A DNA stretch of 64,000 bases. Origin: the human T2T-CHM13v2.0 reference genome, Homo sapiens. The notes below the pieces were generated by a model, which saw nothing but the letters and a program-made list of their open reading frames with translations, was not told the origin of the DNA and made no database searches. Made by a program: the position numbers and the translations under genes. Positions 49,549 to 63,499 of this stretch are shown piece after piece. The stretch's first letter is position 1, and every line of letters starts with the position of its first letter. The stretch lies in NCBI RefSeq assembly GCF_009914755.1, contig NC_060947.1, one strand, 5' to 3'.

Positions 49549-50630
49549 ATTGACCCTTGATTTTGCCCCCTGAGGGACGGTTTTGCTTTATGGCTAGACA
49601 GGAACCCTTGCATCCATTGTTGTGTCTGTGCCCTCCAAAGAGCCTTCAGAATGCTCCTGAGTGGTGTAGGTGGGGGTGGGGAGGCCCAAATGATGGATCA
49701 CCATTATATTTTGAAAGAAGCCATCAAGTCTTAAGTTTTTCATTTCAACTTGTGAACGTTTCTTCTGATGTGAAGCAAACCTTCCCTTTTCAGAAAAGGG
49801 AACAAGTAGAAAATTATTTTTTAAGCCTCAAGCCCTGTTAAATGGTCGTGGCCAATAATGTCATAGAAACTGTATGAACAACCAGATTTACATAGCAGAG
49901 AAATCATACATTGAATGCTTACTTTGTGAAAGACTTCACCTTGTCATTTCTTTAAGCAGACGCTAGTACTTTAGAAATATAACTTGACTCTGTTTTCAGG
50001 AATATCTGTAATACACAAACCAAGGAACAACTTTTATTTACACTCCTAATATGAAAAGTCAATCCTGTGAGAGAGCTCCATGTATGAGGGACACTCTCCA
50101 AGTTGATAACAATGGAAGCAAGTTTAATATAAAACAATTCCCTAAGCATTTATTTTTTTTAAAAAAAGATGTTACTGAGGACCTAGAAGAAATGCTCAAT
50201 ACATACTTTGAAAGCAAAAATACAATCAAACACATTGACACGTATATAAAGATCCACGCGTGGCTGTGCGTGATATCTCACACTCTGAATTCTTACTTGA
50301 TGGAGGTTTTGTTTGCTGCTACGGTTTTAATCATCCAGGGTGCCATTCCACCATAGAAGAGCAATCCTTTTAGGAAAAAAAAATCATGCTATTAATTAAT
50401 CAAATATCTATAAATGCATAAAGTACAGTATTTATTCTTGATACATAGGTTTTGAGTCAAATGTATTTACTTAGATTTGTCTTTGACTGCTACACTGAAT
50501 CAGTAGTTTCACTATAAGAAAGAAGGGATTGTATCTGAGTAGAAATGGGAACATGTTTATATTTAATGTATGCTTCTCCTAACGTTTGTGGGAGGAAGTG
50601 AATAAAATTTCAGTAACACGTATTTTTTGT
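49549..50630 (+). other. GRPR: GRPR 3' UTR (end uncertain) with candidate poly(A) signal AATAAA at 50601-50606
   Basis: AT-rich, repeat-poor sequence after the stop codon with several ATTTA pentamers. AATAAA is followed by a T/GT-rich stretch (TATTTTTTGTCTG). Variant hexamers TATAAA/CATAAA at ~50409-50422 are alternatives. Confidence 0.55.
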
Positions 50631-51947
50631 CTGAATATGTATAAGAAAGTCACAGGGGTCTTAACTTTAAGAACTGATTGAAAAACAGCTACAGACTTGT
50701 TTCTACTTAAGAAGAGTATTTATGAAAGAGCCATGTGCCGAAAAAGACTTGGCTGAAATATTTTTCTTTTTCTAAGTGAGTTTAGTTGGCTCTAAAAAGA
50801 TTTGATTCCCTTACTTTAGAAACCCTGAATCGAGTTTTTTTTCACTCAAAGAGGGCAATTTTGACAGGTTGCAAACATATTAACCCACTTTCAAATAAAT
50901 TCAAATTTTACAAATGTGCCCTTACACATTAAAATTCTAAGACAATTTTAATTTAGGTTTTCTCTATCCAGATGAGATACAAACAGTTGGCTCTCATTTT
51001 CACATGGCACATATGAAAAGATTCTTGTCTCTTGATATGAAGAAGTGCCCACTGTCTATGGAGCTTTAGGAGTTGGGACCAAGACAGAATGAAACTTCAA
51101 TTCTGCTTGCTACGTGCTCGTCTGTACTGTACAAACCTGCTTTCCTGGTAGTCCATAATTACATTGAACAGTTTGAAAAGCAAGACAGATAGTATAGCTT
51201 AAAGAACCAAGATTTCTAGCTTGACAGTCCAACTCTGCCTCTAGCTATATCACTCTGGCTATCAATTTCACTTGTCTAGACTCTTGTTTTCATCTCTAGA
51301 CTGAGAAGACAGTGCTAAGGTCTTGTCTATCGCTAAAATTCTGAGTCTCTTCATCGTCTCTAGTTCTGTCTTTGCAGCCTTTCTGTAGCCCATTTGGTCA
51401 CAGTAGCCTCACTTCTGCTACGCTTGCAACAACAACTCTTTGGAAATCAACCGCTATTCTATATTTGTGTTCACGTTAGTGGTATGAAAGGAGACAGACC
51501 ATTCTGTTGCTTCAAGGGGCTCCTTGGAATACTTTGCATGAACCCTGATGTTCCGCGAGCTTGCTATGTTTTGGAGTTAGAGCTGTAAGAGACATAAGAA
51601 AACATATTGCTGAGTCTTCTCATTATACAAAGGATACTCTTCCTATTCACCCTTCTTCAACCTCCATGAATCTGTTATTTTGAACTAGTGTTCCACAATT
51701 TTGCCCTTGGCTTTCTTCAAAACCCTTGAATATAAATGACTCTATGCTTAGTTAGTTGCTAACATGTATAGCCTTTTGAATACCTAGCATAACTCGTTCA
51801 GGCATCTCTGATCTACCTGCTTCCAGAGACATTTTGGGAGTAGAGCTCATCTTCATGTCTCCTTCAGTTAACATCATGGCATAGATTGTGTGTGGTCTTC
51901 TTCCTAGCTTCTGGACAAAGAGTGAGGAGATAGAGGTCTAAGTGTAG

Positions 51948-52354
<407 letters not shown>

Positions 52355-55300
52355 TAAAACTATTCTGTGAATCAACTAATGGATTGACTTAGACCTTCTT
52401 ACCAGGAAGGGCATAGTTGGGCCCTTCTCTAGGGAAATCAAAATTTTATTATTTTATTCCACCTCAAGAACCTAAAATTACGTGAGAGAGACCCAAGTCC
52501 CCACGTGTATCACTTCTCTGCCAAAGCAGAGTGTGGCAGGGGCTGGAGCTGAGACATTTCACGCCTGGCTTCCAAAGATAATCACGTTTAGCACTTATGT
52601 CTTTGGCAAGAAAAAAAAATCAATTTTTGCTGTGGAAAACCATCTGTGTTTATTCAATTGACAGACACTACCTTTCAATCTATCTTAAATTGAGCCTCCC
52701 TGAGGCAGGCAGCTCAACAGTGATAGATTAAGCAATAAACAAAGCAATCTTCCCACCAACGGCTGCTGCTGGCAGGGAAGGTGCAGCTGCTATTGGGAGT
52801 GATATTCTTTAGCAAGAAGATCCTCCCTGCTTAGTGAAGACAGGGCCCCTCCCTGTTGTTGATTTGATGATTCTCCATAAATGTGGATGGCTAAACCCTG
52901 TTTTTTTGACTGCCTTCACTCTCACACTGAACCTGCCTTCCGCCTCATTAACAAGCTCTGGATTTCCCTCTTTGTCCACAAACAATTTGGTTCCATCCGG
53001 GAGGATGGAGAACCCCTAGGTAAATAAACTGTTTAGGGGCTGCTGCAGATGAACCAAGCTCATCTTGTTATGAAAATGAACACTGAACAGAAATAAATGA
53101 ACTTGACAATAGCACATGAGCATCCTTGCATTGTAAAGTCTTCATTCATGTCAAAAGCAGCAGTTGGTTATTTGTTTCAAAGTGTCTTCATGCATCAAGT
53201 AGCTTCTGGTAATAGAGATTAACTTTGGGGAGTACACATTGAATGGCATCATCTGTGGACTAAAAAGTGGCTAAGTCACTGTTCCTGGAAGCCAGCTAGA
53301 AACCATCACCCTGGGAAGCTGACTGTATGGGAGCTGAATGAAGAGCCATCCACTTGTATCGTGGTGAGATGGGAAGGGTGCAAACTTTCTTGCCATTTGT
53401 GCTCTTCACATCCACAACAGGAGGTAGCTATTGTTAGAGAGTAGCTTAGAATTATCCCTGGGTTTCTGGGGGAATGGAGCACCTTTTGTACACTTGTCTA
53501 ATTTTTGGCTGTATTCTTATGAAATGGATTAACAGCTGAAAACAAAGGGATTAAAGAATCTTTCTTGGGCCTAGGCTTTCATGGGCCTAGGCTTTGTGCA
53601 CACTGTTCGATGAAACCAAGGCTTACCAAGCTCTACTTTATTCCGTATCTGGATGGTCATTTCATTTCTCCTAGCCCACACCCAGACACACACTTCTCAA
53701 ATACACACGACAATTTCACTATCTCACAATCTCTTACTGTAACTTTGGCCTTCAGAAACACCCTTTGTTATATTGCAGGCGGCCAAGCATTAAGTCCAGC
53801 TGAATATATTCAGAGCAATCAACAAATAACACACTGAGAACAGACTTTTCTCTTATGAGACTTCACATTAGAAATTCATTCAGTAGAATGTATCTAAATT
53901 TTTAAAAAGCTTCAATGTTGCACATATGTTAAATTTAAGAATCCCTGGGTTAGAATATTACTGTGGAATCATGTCCATGACTAATTTTTTTAAAAACATT
54001 GCATTTACCTAGTGTTCATGGTCTATAAAGTACTTTTATACTCATTACCTCATTTCATCCAAGCCTTCCCTGCTGGCCAAAGAGCTGCTTTACATCCTTT
54101 ACTATGGAAATGTGACCATCTACCATTACATTAAAAGGCCCATGGAACTATGAGGCTGAAACATGAAACTGTTAAGATTGGGCCATTTTCGAACTACAAA
54201 AAGGCAATTTCATCTGGTTCAGCTTAATCTGATTTCATATTGTTTCGAGGTGAACTAACTGTACTTCATTCCCATGGGCTATTCAGTTATACTGAAGAGC
54301 AGTGCTGATCATCACTTCTCCACTTTACAGGATATTCTCTTGTCCCCAAAGTGAATCTGTTTAACTTGGCACAAGGGAGTGGACAGGGTCATTGTGGGCT
54401 GCCCCAGGAGAGACATATTGGTGGGCACAACATTCAATGCCACAATGAAATGGAAGGCTAAGACAAAGAAGGGTGGGATCCTTGGGAGCAAAGACACTGG
54501 CCAAGAAATACACCAAATTTGACCAAAACCTGAATGGAGTGCTGTGGCTCTGGAAGTGCTGGAAAGGAAGGGGCTCAACTTCACCAAACACTGACAATGT
54601 GCCAAGTCCAGTGCTGGGCACATGAAGCCGTGGCAGGGAGATTACTTACTGATCCTCAAGTCACATGGGGAAGTTGAGTGGCAGAGTATAAGTGTGGAGC
54701 TGATCTCTCTATGTCGATGTCCATTCCACTGCTTAGCATTGCTTCCCAAATCCAACCTGTGTGAAAAATTAAGTTCACAGTACTTAGAAGAAAACTCCAC
54801 TCCCTATTCTAGGTTTTGTCCAGAGACCTGAACTAATGATAGAGTCAAAGAATGTATGCAAAGAGCATTGAGGCACCTAGTTTAAGGAATTGTTGAGGGC
54901 AGAGGCTGAAATGCAGCACAAAGCGGGTGAGTCAGAAAGTCCCTTAGGTCAGTTGTTCGCACCCTCCTTCTCCCCTACTCAGAGACACAATTCACTTGCA
55001 ACTGGAAGCCCTGGGAAGAATTTCCCACCTAGTTCTGTGTCTGAGGAGAGAAAAAAACTTGCTAAGGACCAAGTTAGAGAGAAAACCCAAATGAGAACAG
55101 CGAATCTAGCCATCTTTCTTTGAATCAGAATTAGTTGGAGAAAAAGTGTCAGGTAGAGGTAGAACCACCTACGCCCCCACTTTCCCCAAAATAGAGTAAG
55201 ATACGACAATGGTTGGTTTCCTAGAGTCTGGGGACCCAGGCTACATAAATAGCCTCTAACAGAAAAGCATCTCCTGGACTAAGGGGACAGATAAGAAACT

Positions 55301-56870
55301 CAGATATGGACTTAGGTATCTGAGTGCCCAGCCCTAGGTGCCCTGTTCTAAACACAGACACCACTGTCTCTCGGCCCTCTCTGAGCTCACATTTCTAGAA
55401 GATAAGATTATTTGCCTTTTTTCCCCCAATTTAAAATTCACTCACAGAGTCATATAATGACATGAAAGGACTCACATAATTTTATGACATTTTAAAAGAA
55501 TAATTTTAATGGACAGTAAAACCTCGTACATTCAAGGCCTCATTAACTCCCAGACAAGCTTAAAAATGTTGGCATAACTCAGAACTTCAATGTTGAAGGT
55601 ACATTATATAATTTGAGCCTGTTGTGAATCCAGATTTTCATAACTTTGCTTCCATTTTAGCTAATGACATTAATAATACGTGTATAACATTAAGAAAGTA
55701 AAACTCATTATCTTCTAAAAGTTTTTTTTTTTCTGCAGTCTGGGCTTTACTGATTCAAACATGACCTTTCTTGCATTCAAGTCAGTAGAGTTTTGGGTAA
55801 TAAAATTCGTAAAACAGTCAATTCGGTGAGTTGTAAAAATAAATGGCACAAACTTCTTTAATGTCATTTTATGTTTTGTTTTAAATATTAGACTCATATT
55901 TCATAAATTATAATTGTACTTGCTACTATTAACTGTAAATATTTATTGCATTGAAAAATGTACTCTGTGTTAAATAACTCAGAACAAGTTCCAGGTGTGG
56001 TACTTAGTGTAAATAATGTCACGGCTTGGCTTTGCCTGGACTCCTTGAACAAATGAATTATTTATAAGAAATTCACAATATTAATATGAATGACTCAGAT
56101 CCCTTTAAATGTTCAGACTTAACTCTGTGACCATGTAAAACTCTATCTATAAAGTGTGCTTTGAGTGAAATTGTTATTTTTCAACAAATGCTTCCAATGC
56201 TTCTATCACATTGTAAGTGGTCTGTATGACATTAAGTCAGATCCCGTGTATAGTAAGCTGGATGTTCAAGTTGTAGAAGAAATGAGGTTTATTCTTTAAT
56301 ATAATAAAACATAATTTGTGAAATGGACAGATACATGTATCCAACGTTCAATAAAAAATAGTTGTTGCATGAACATAGTCTGTGGCTATGTGCCCCACAG
56401 TTCCTTGGTTCCTTGGACCATCTACATCAGAATCAGCCAGGCTGCTCATTGCAAAATGCAGATTCCCCAACCCTCTATTGACTTGGAACAATGTCAGTGT
56501 TTAGGCTGGGGGTGTGGTGTTTAATTAAATTTTTAAAATATGTACTTACCTTTTGAATATGTAAGCCATTCTCATGGTCCAAAACCAAAAGCCTAGAAAG
56601 GAATCCAGTGAAAACTTACTCAGCTACCATTGTCCCCTCTGTACAGTTTTTGCACCCATTACCAAACCCTTCAAAGGAGTGACCATTGTTATGTTATTAG
56701 TTTCTTACTTGTGTACACTACTGGACATTTTTTACACATATGCGAATAAATACAAATCTGTGTTTTCCTGAAGCCCACCACCATTTTACAGAAATGGTAG
56801 CCTATACATTGTTTGCCCCTTGTTTACTTCACTAAATACCATATCTTAGAGATCTTTCCATATCGGTAAA

Positions 56871-57210
56871 CAGTAGTCTCCCCTTATCCACAGTTTCACT
56901 TTCTGCCATGTCAGCTACCCACAGACAACTGCAGTCCGAAAAAAGCCAAGTACAGTACAATAAGATATTTTAGGAGAAAGAGACCACATTCACATAACTT
57001 TTATTACAGTATGTTGTTATAATTGTTGGATTTTCTTGTTAGTTTTTGTTGTTATTTTGTTACCTTGCCTAATTTATAAATTAAACATTATAATAAATAT
57101 GTACGTTTAGGAAACAAAGATAGTATCTATAGGGCTCAGTGCTATTTGTGGTTTCAGGCATCCACTGGGGGTCTTGGAACATATCCTCCACAGATAAGGG
57201 GGGACTATTG
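56871..57210 (+). mobile_element. MER44A-like Tigger MITE, nested in an old L1
   Basis: TIRs CAGTAGTCTCCCCTTATC / GATAAGGGGGGACTATTG. Confidence 0.88.
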
Positions 57211-58059
57211 TATAAAGCACTTCCTCATTTTTTCTTACACCGGCATAGAAGCCCCTAATTTATTTACCCATCCCCCATTGATGAACTTTCAGATTGCTTC
57301 CAATATCTGGCTATTATCAACCATATTGCAATGAATAACATACACAATTTCATGCATGAGCAAGTGTTGCTGTAGGAAAAATTCTTAAATGTAGAACTGC
57401 AGAAACAAAGAGCATACGCTTTTATAATATTGACAGTTATTCTAAATTGCTCTCTTTAGGACTTGAACATTAAAGTTTGGGAGTGTCTGTTTCCTGGGAT
57501 AATCGTAGGCATCAGAGAGCAGGAAAGCTCACACAAATTATAAATCAAAGTGAAGAAGTCTAGCTGAAAGTTCCAGATGTTTAGCCTACTGACTACCTGA
57601 AGCCTACTTTTCTTTCCATCTTGGCTCCTGCTTATTGTGAAGAAAGAGTAATTGATTCTAAGGTTAGCGTTCCAGAGACAGTGAGGAGAGTTGGCATTTA
57701 GTTCATTTATCCATTCCTGCAGGATCAGTTGTCAGGAAGCAAATTCTTTCTCTCTTTGTCACCAATTCCACTTATTTGAAGTCTGCCTAATGACTAAGCC
57801 AGTGGTCAAGTCTCTAGGAATATTTAAAATACTCAACAGCAAACGTTAGGCAGCATGAGAAATACCACAGTCGCTAAGTTGTGAACAAAATAAGCTGATG
57901 ACAAAGAAATGACACAGCTACAGTGGATGCAAATTAGGGCTGTCCAAGCTCCCTGTACTCCAGGTGAGAAGAGGTAATACCAGAGATGTCTATTAGATGC
58001 AGTCACAAAACTCTTTGAGAGGCACACTGACAGCCTTGCCAAGGGAGCTCTTGAGTGTG

Positions 58060-60071
58060 CCAAAACAAAGGGGCTACAGGCTCCAGGCAAGTCTGAAATC
58101 CAACAGGGCAGTCATTACACCTTAAAGTTCCAAAATGATCTCCTTTGACTTCATGTCTTACATCCAGGTCACACTGATCCAAGAGGTGGGCTCCCACAGC
58201 CTTGGGCAGCTCTGTCCCTGTGGCTTTGCAGGGTACAGCCCCCTCCTGGCTGCTTTCACAGGCTGGTGTTGAGGGGCTCTGGCTTTTCCAGGTGCACAGT
58301 AGTGCAAGCTGTCGGTGGATCTACCATTCTGGGGTCTGGAGGACTATGGCCCTCCTCTCGCAGCTCCACTAGGCAGTACCCCAGTGGGGACTCTGTGTGG
58401 GGGATCCAACCCCACATTTCCCTTCTGCACTGCCCTACTAATATGGGAAGGGGGCAGAGAAGGGCTGGGTAGAGAAGGCCATGGTCCCTGGTAAGGGCTC
58501 CACCCTCAGGCATGTGCTCACAGACCTAAGTGAGGACAGGCACTCCTGTTTTTGCATCCAAATGTTGCATTTTTCTGGCCCACCATGCCCCCATCCCGTG
58601 CTCATATAAACTTGAGGGACACAAAGTGGCTGGACATTGAGAGGAACACACCAGCAGGAGAACACACCAACGGACACCAGCAGATGCCAGCAGGCCATCA
58701 ATGGTGGAACAATGTGGACACCAAGGGGAATTCGACCAGGGCAGTCAGAGGAGGATCTGGCCACTGGGTGGACTGACTCCAGGGGAAGACCATCTTCCCA
58801 CTCCATCCCCCTTCTGGCTCCCCATCCATCTACTAAGAGCTATTTCCACCACTCAATAAAACCTTGCACTCATTCTGCAAGCCCACATGTGATCTGATTT
58901 TTCTGGTACAGCATGGCGAGAACCCAGGATTCAGAAAGCCCTCTGTCCTTTTCATAAGGCAGAGAGTCTAATTGAGCTGATTAACACGCAACTGAAAGAG
59001 CACACTGTAACACATGCCCACTGGGATTTCAGGCGCTGTAAACAACCCTAGACACCGCCATGGGGTTAGAGCCCCAAAACACTCCTCACGACCTGCCTGT
59101 CTGCATGCTCCTCCTAGGGGTTTGAGTAGCAGGGCACTGAAGAAGTGAGCCACATCCCTGTTGCATGCCCTGTGAGGGGGATGAGGGAATACTCCTCCCT
59201 TTTCAACAGCAGAGGTTCTCCATGAGGGCCCTGCCCCTGCAGCAAACGTCTGCCTGGACATCCAGGGGTTTCCATACATCCTCTGAAATCGAGGCAGAGG
59301 TTCTCAAACTTCAATTCTTGACTTCTGTGCACCCGCAGGCTCAACATCATGTAGAAGCTGCCAAGCCTTGGGGCTTGCACCCTCTGAAGCCAGGGCCTGA
59401 GCTGTACCTTGCCCCCTTTTAGCCATGGCTGGAGCAGCTGGGACACAGGGCACCAAGTCCCTGGGCTGCACACAGCAGGGGGGCTCTGTGATGAGAGGGG
59501 CTACCGCAAAGTTCTCTGACATGCCCTGGAGACATTTTCCCCATTGTCTTGGTGATTATCATTTGTTTCTTTGTTACTTATGCAAATTTCTGCAGGAGGC
59601 TTGAATTTCTCCCCCGAAAATGGGTTTTCTTTTCTATTGTATCGTCAAGCTGCAAATTTTCCAAGCTTTTATGCTTTGCTTCCTCTTTAACACTTTGCTG
59701 TTTAGAAATTTATTCTGCCAGATACCTTAAATCACCTCTTTCAAGTTCAAAGTTCCACAGATCTCTAGGGCAGGGGCCAAATGCTGTCAGTCTCTTTGCA
59801 TAGCAAGAGTCACCTTTACTCAAGTTCCCAAAAAGTTCCTCATCTCCATCTGAGACCACCTCAGCCTGGACTTCATTGTCCATATCACTATCAGCATTTT
59901 GGTCAAAGCCATTCAACAAGTCTCTAGGAAGTTCCAAACTTTCCCACATCTTCCTGCCTTCTGAGCCCTCCAAACTGTTCCAACCTCTGCCTTTTACTCA
60001 GTTCCAAATTCGCTTCCACATTTTCAAGTATCCTTATAGTAGCACCCCAGTCTCTGCAGGTACCAATTTAC
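58060..60071 (-). mobile_element. THE1 internal sequence, 3'-truncated, interrupted by an ERV1 LTR
   Basis: CCAAAACAAAGGGGCTACAGG...GGTACCAATTTAC, abutting the LTR at 60072. Confidence 0.92.
58439..59205 (+). mobile_element. ERV1 solo LTR (MER50/MER48-like)
   Basis: Starts TAATATGGGAAGGGGGCAG, contains CTCAATAAAACCTTGCACTC, ends CCCTTTTCA; splits THE1-int at TGCCCTA|GCAGAGG. Confidence 0.8.
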
Positions 60072-60444
60072 TGTATTAGTCTGTTCTCATGCTGCTAATA
60101 AAGACATACCCAAGACTGGGTAATTTATAAGGAAAAGAGGTTTAATTGACTCACAATTCTGCAAGTCTGGGAGGCCTCAGGAAACTCACAATTATGGTGG
60201 AAGGGGAAGCAAACACATCCTCCACATGATGGCAGGAAGGAGAAGTGCCGAGTAAAAGGGGGAAAAGCCCCTTATAAAACCATCAGATCTCATGAGAACT
60301 CACACACTATCATGAGGGCAGCAAGAGGGTAGCCGCCCCCTTGATTCAATTAACCTTCGACTGGGTACTTCCCACGACACATGGGGATTATGGGAACTAA
60401 AATTCAAGATGAGATTTGGGTGGGGACACAGCCAAACCATATCA
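60072..60444 (-). mobile_element. THE1 5' LTR
   Basis: TGTATTAGTCTGTTCTCATGCTGCTAATAAAG...CCAAACCATATCA. Confidence 0.93.
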
Positions 60445-60826
60445 CATGTCACTGCCCTAAACAAGATATGCTCCTTGTTTTGCTTAAACTCCTGCAAATA
60501 ACCCCTAACAGGCTCTTATTTTTCTTCTTTACTTTTTTTTTTTTCTAGATTATGCTTCCTTATTCATGCCTCTGATCATGTTGCTCTCATGCCCACATTT
60601 TGTTATTGTCCCCATTTCCCAGGACAAAATCTAATTTCTCTGACCTTGATTTGACTCCCTACTTCCCAGGCTTATCTCCCACTGCACTATCCCTTCCCTC
60701 TGCACCCAGAGACTCCCTCCATTCACACCTGGCTCCTAATTGTTCCCTGACACTTCTTTGGGCCAGTGTTTCTCAACCTGGGCTGCCCTTAGAATAACCT
60801 GTGGAGTTTTTAAAAATCCTGATGAC

Positions 60827-61112
60827 CGCCAGGCGCAGTGATTCACACCTATAATTCCAGCACTTTGGGAGGCCAAGGCAGGAAGATTACTTGAGCCTAG
60901 GAGTTTGAGGCCAGCCTGAGCAACATGGTGAAACCCTCATCCCTATAAAAAAAAATACAAAAATTAGTCAGGCATGGTGGTGCACACCTGTAGTCCCAGT
61001 TACTCTGGGGACTGAAGTGGAGGATCACTTGAATCCGGGAGGCAGAGGCTGCAGTGAACCGAGATCAGGCCACTGCATTCCAGAGCAAGACTCTGTCTCA
61101 AAAAAAAAAAAA
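60827..61112 (+). mobile_element. AluJ-like, inserted in a MER5A (60764-61238)
   Basis: TSD AAAAATCCTGATG; MER5A ends CAGTGTTTCTCAACC and GGGTTGAGGACTAC. Confidence 0.92.
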
Positions 61113-61438
61113 AAAAATCCTGATGCCCAGGTCCTGCCCCTGAACAGCCGAGTCAGAATCTCAAGGAGGGGGAACCCAGACGTCTCTATTTCAAAGCTCT
61201 CCAAGCAATTGCAATAAGCAGACAGGGTTGAGGACTACCTCACCTAAAATGTCCTCTTGTCTCTCAGCTGGCCTGAATCCAACCCATTCCCCAAAGCCCA
61301 GCTGCAGTGTTCTCTCTCCGTGAAGCCCTCCCATGCTCCTGTACTCACACAGTACTTTCTACATGGGTCTTATTTTTTTAATCATATCCTGCTTTGAATT
61401 ATATTTACTTGTGTAAATGCTGATCTATCCCAGGAAAT

Positions 61439-61662
61439 CAGGAATTGGCAAACATTTTCTGTAAAGGGCCAGAGAGTAAATATTTTAGGCATTGCATGAC
61501 ATACAGTCCGTGTCATGATTACTAGATTCTGCCTTTGTAGTATGAAAGCGGTCATAGATAACATGTATATGAGTGAGTGTGGTTGTGTTCTAATAAATCT
61601 GCATTTGCAAAAACAGGTGGTGAGCTAGATTTGGCCTGAAAGTTGTCACTTGCTGACTCCTG
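61439..61662 (+). mobile_element. MER58A
   Basis: CAGGAATTGGCAAACATTTTCTGTAAAGGGCCAGA...TTGCTGACTCCTG. Confidence 0.88.
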
Positions 61663-61697
61663 CATGAGACTAATAAAGCTTCTTAGGGCCAGGGACC

Positions 61698-62140
61698 TTT
61701 TCTTCTCTATAAGGCTTTCTTTCCTTCCTTCCTTCTTCCTTCCTTTCTCCCTCCCTCCATCCCTTCCTTCTTTCCTTCATTTCTTCCTTTTCTTTTCCCT
61801 TCCTCTTTTTCTCTCCCTTCCTTCCCTCCCTCCCCCGTTCCCTCCCTCTTTTCTTTTCTTCTTTCTTTCTTTCTTCTCTCCTTCCTTCCTTCCTCTTCCT
61901 CCACCCCTCTCTTTCTTTCTCTCTATCTCTCTTCGTTTCTTTCTTTTTTCTTTCCTCTTCCCCCAACCCTCTCTCTCCTTTCTCTCTTTCTTTCTTTTTC
62001 TTTTCTTTCCTCTTCCCCCACCCCCCTCTCTCCTTTCTCTCTCTTTCTTTCTTTCTTCCTTTCTTTCTTCTTTCCTTCTTTCTGTCTCTCTCCCTCCCTC
62101 TCTGTCTCCCTCTCCTTCTTTATTTCTCTCTCTCTCTGTC
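61698..62140. repeat. ~440-bp polypyrimidine/polypurine low-complexity tract
   Basis: Almost pure C/T on the + strand (CTTC, CTTT, CT units). Confidence 0.95.
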
Positions 62141-62555
62141 TTGCCATCCCTCATGTCTATTGCATTGTCTGAACCAATCAGAGAAAACCACAAAATTCCC
62201 TTTGCAGAGCTCTATGTGATCAGTTTCTCACAACCACAGACCCAGAGCATAAATAGCCAAAGTGAGGAGGGAAGTGTCAGAGTTAATAAATTCTGCCTTT
62301 TAGGCAACTATTAGTATTTACCTTACTTGTCATGTCCAATAGGACCATCAAATAAACAACTGTCATTTGTGGTGCACAGATTAGCACCAACTAACACTGA
62401 CTTAATTCACCATTATTAAAAATGATGCCCACTCCAGACAAGAAGTAAAGGAACCATGACTCTCTGGCCTGTAGTCAAAGGCAGGGGAACGTTCTGAGAG
62501 TTCTTTAACATACATCACTGTGAGTGGTCAAACTTGTCATAGGGGCTCATATTAA

Positions 62556-62930
<375 letters not shown>

Positions 62931-63499
62931 GAGTATTGTTTATTTAGAATAAAACTATTCCCATACTGTCACACTCATCTCAGCCTGAGACAGACCTTGT
63001 GTATCTTAATTCACTTTTCTTCTCCCTACTCCAAATTGTATATCAAGTAATAAGAAGAAAAATACCGTGTACAAACTACTGGTTTGGAATACATAGCCAG
63101 AGCAATAAGAATACAAAAATAAATGAGAGCTATGAATAAGGAAAAGAAAGAGACAATACTCAGTGACCACATGATCATCTACATATGTGATGTCAGATCA
63201 CCTGAAAAGATTGGGGACTCACAGAATCATGTGGCCCTACCCTTCCTTGGAGAAAGCCAATCTATTAGAACCAAAGTTACAGCAGAGGCAAAGTCTGGCT
63301 GGTAAAGAAATGGAATAGACCAACTGGCTTTATTTTGACCACCCACCACTTGTCCTGGGCCCCCTGCCTTGAGCTACAACTTCCTGATCTCTCATCACTT
63401 CAGGGCAAGGAGCCATTCTCTGCAAAGTTTGCGGAAGAAAAACTGTTAAAGAGATTGCAGGGATTTGGCATTTCCCAGGAAGCCTTGAATTAATGAGAC

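Noticed and set aside
58003-60079. Dense cluster of 60-120 aa ORFs
   Set aside because: All lie in GC-richer THE1-int/ERV1 LTR sequence; fragmented and non-functional.
61643-62314. 223-aa ORF and overlapping E/R/K-rich antisense ORFs
   Set aside because: Artefact of the stop-free C/T low-complexity tract; only F/L/S/P or K/E/R/G composition.
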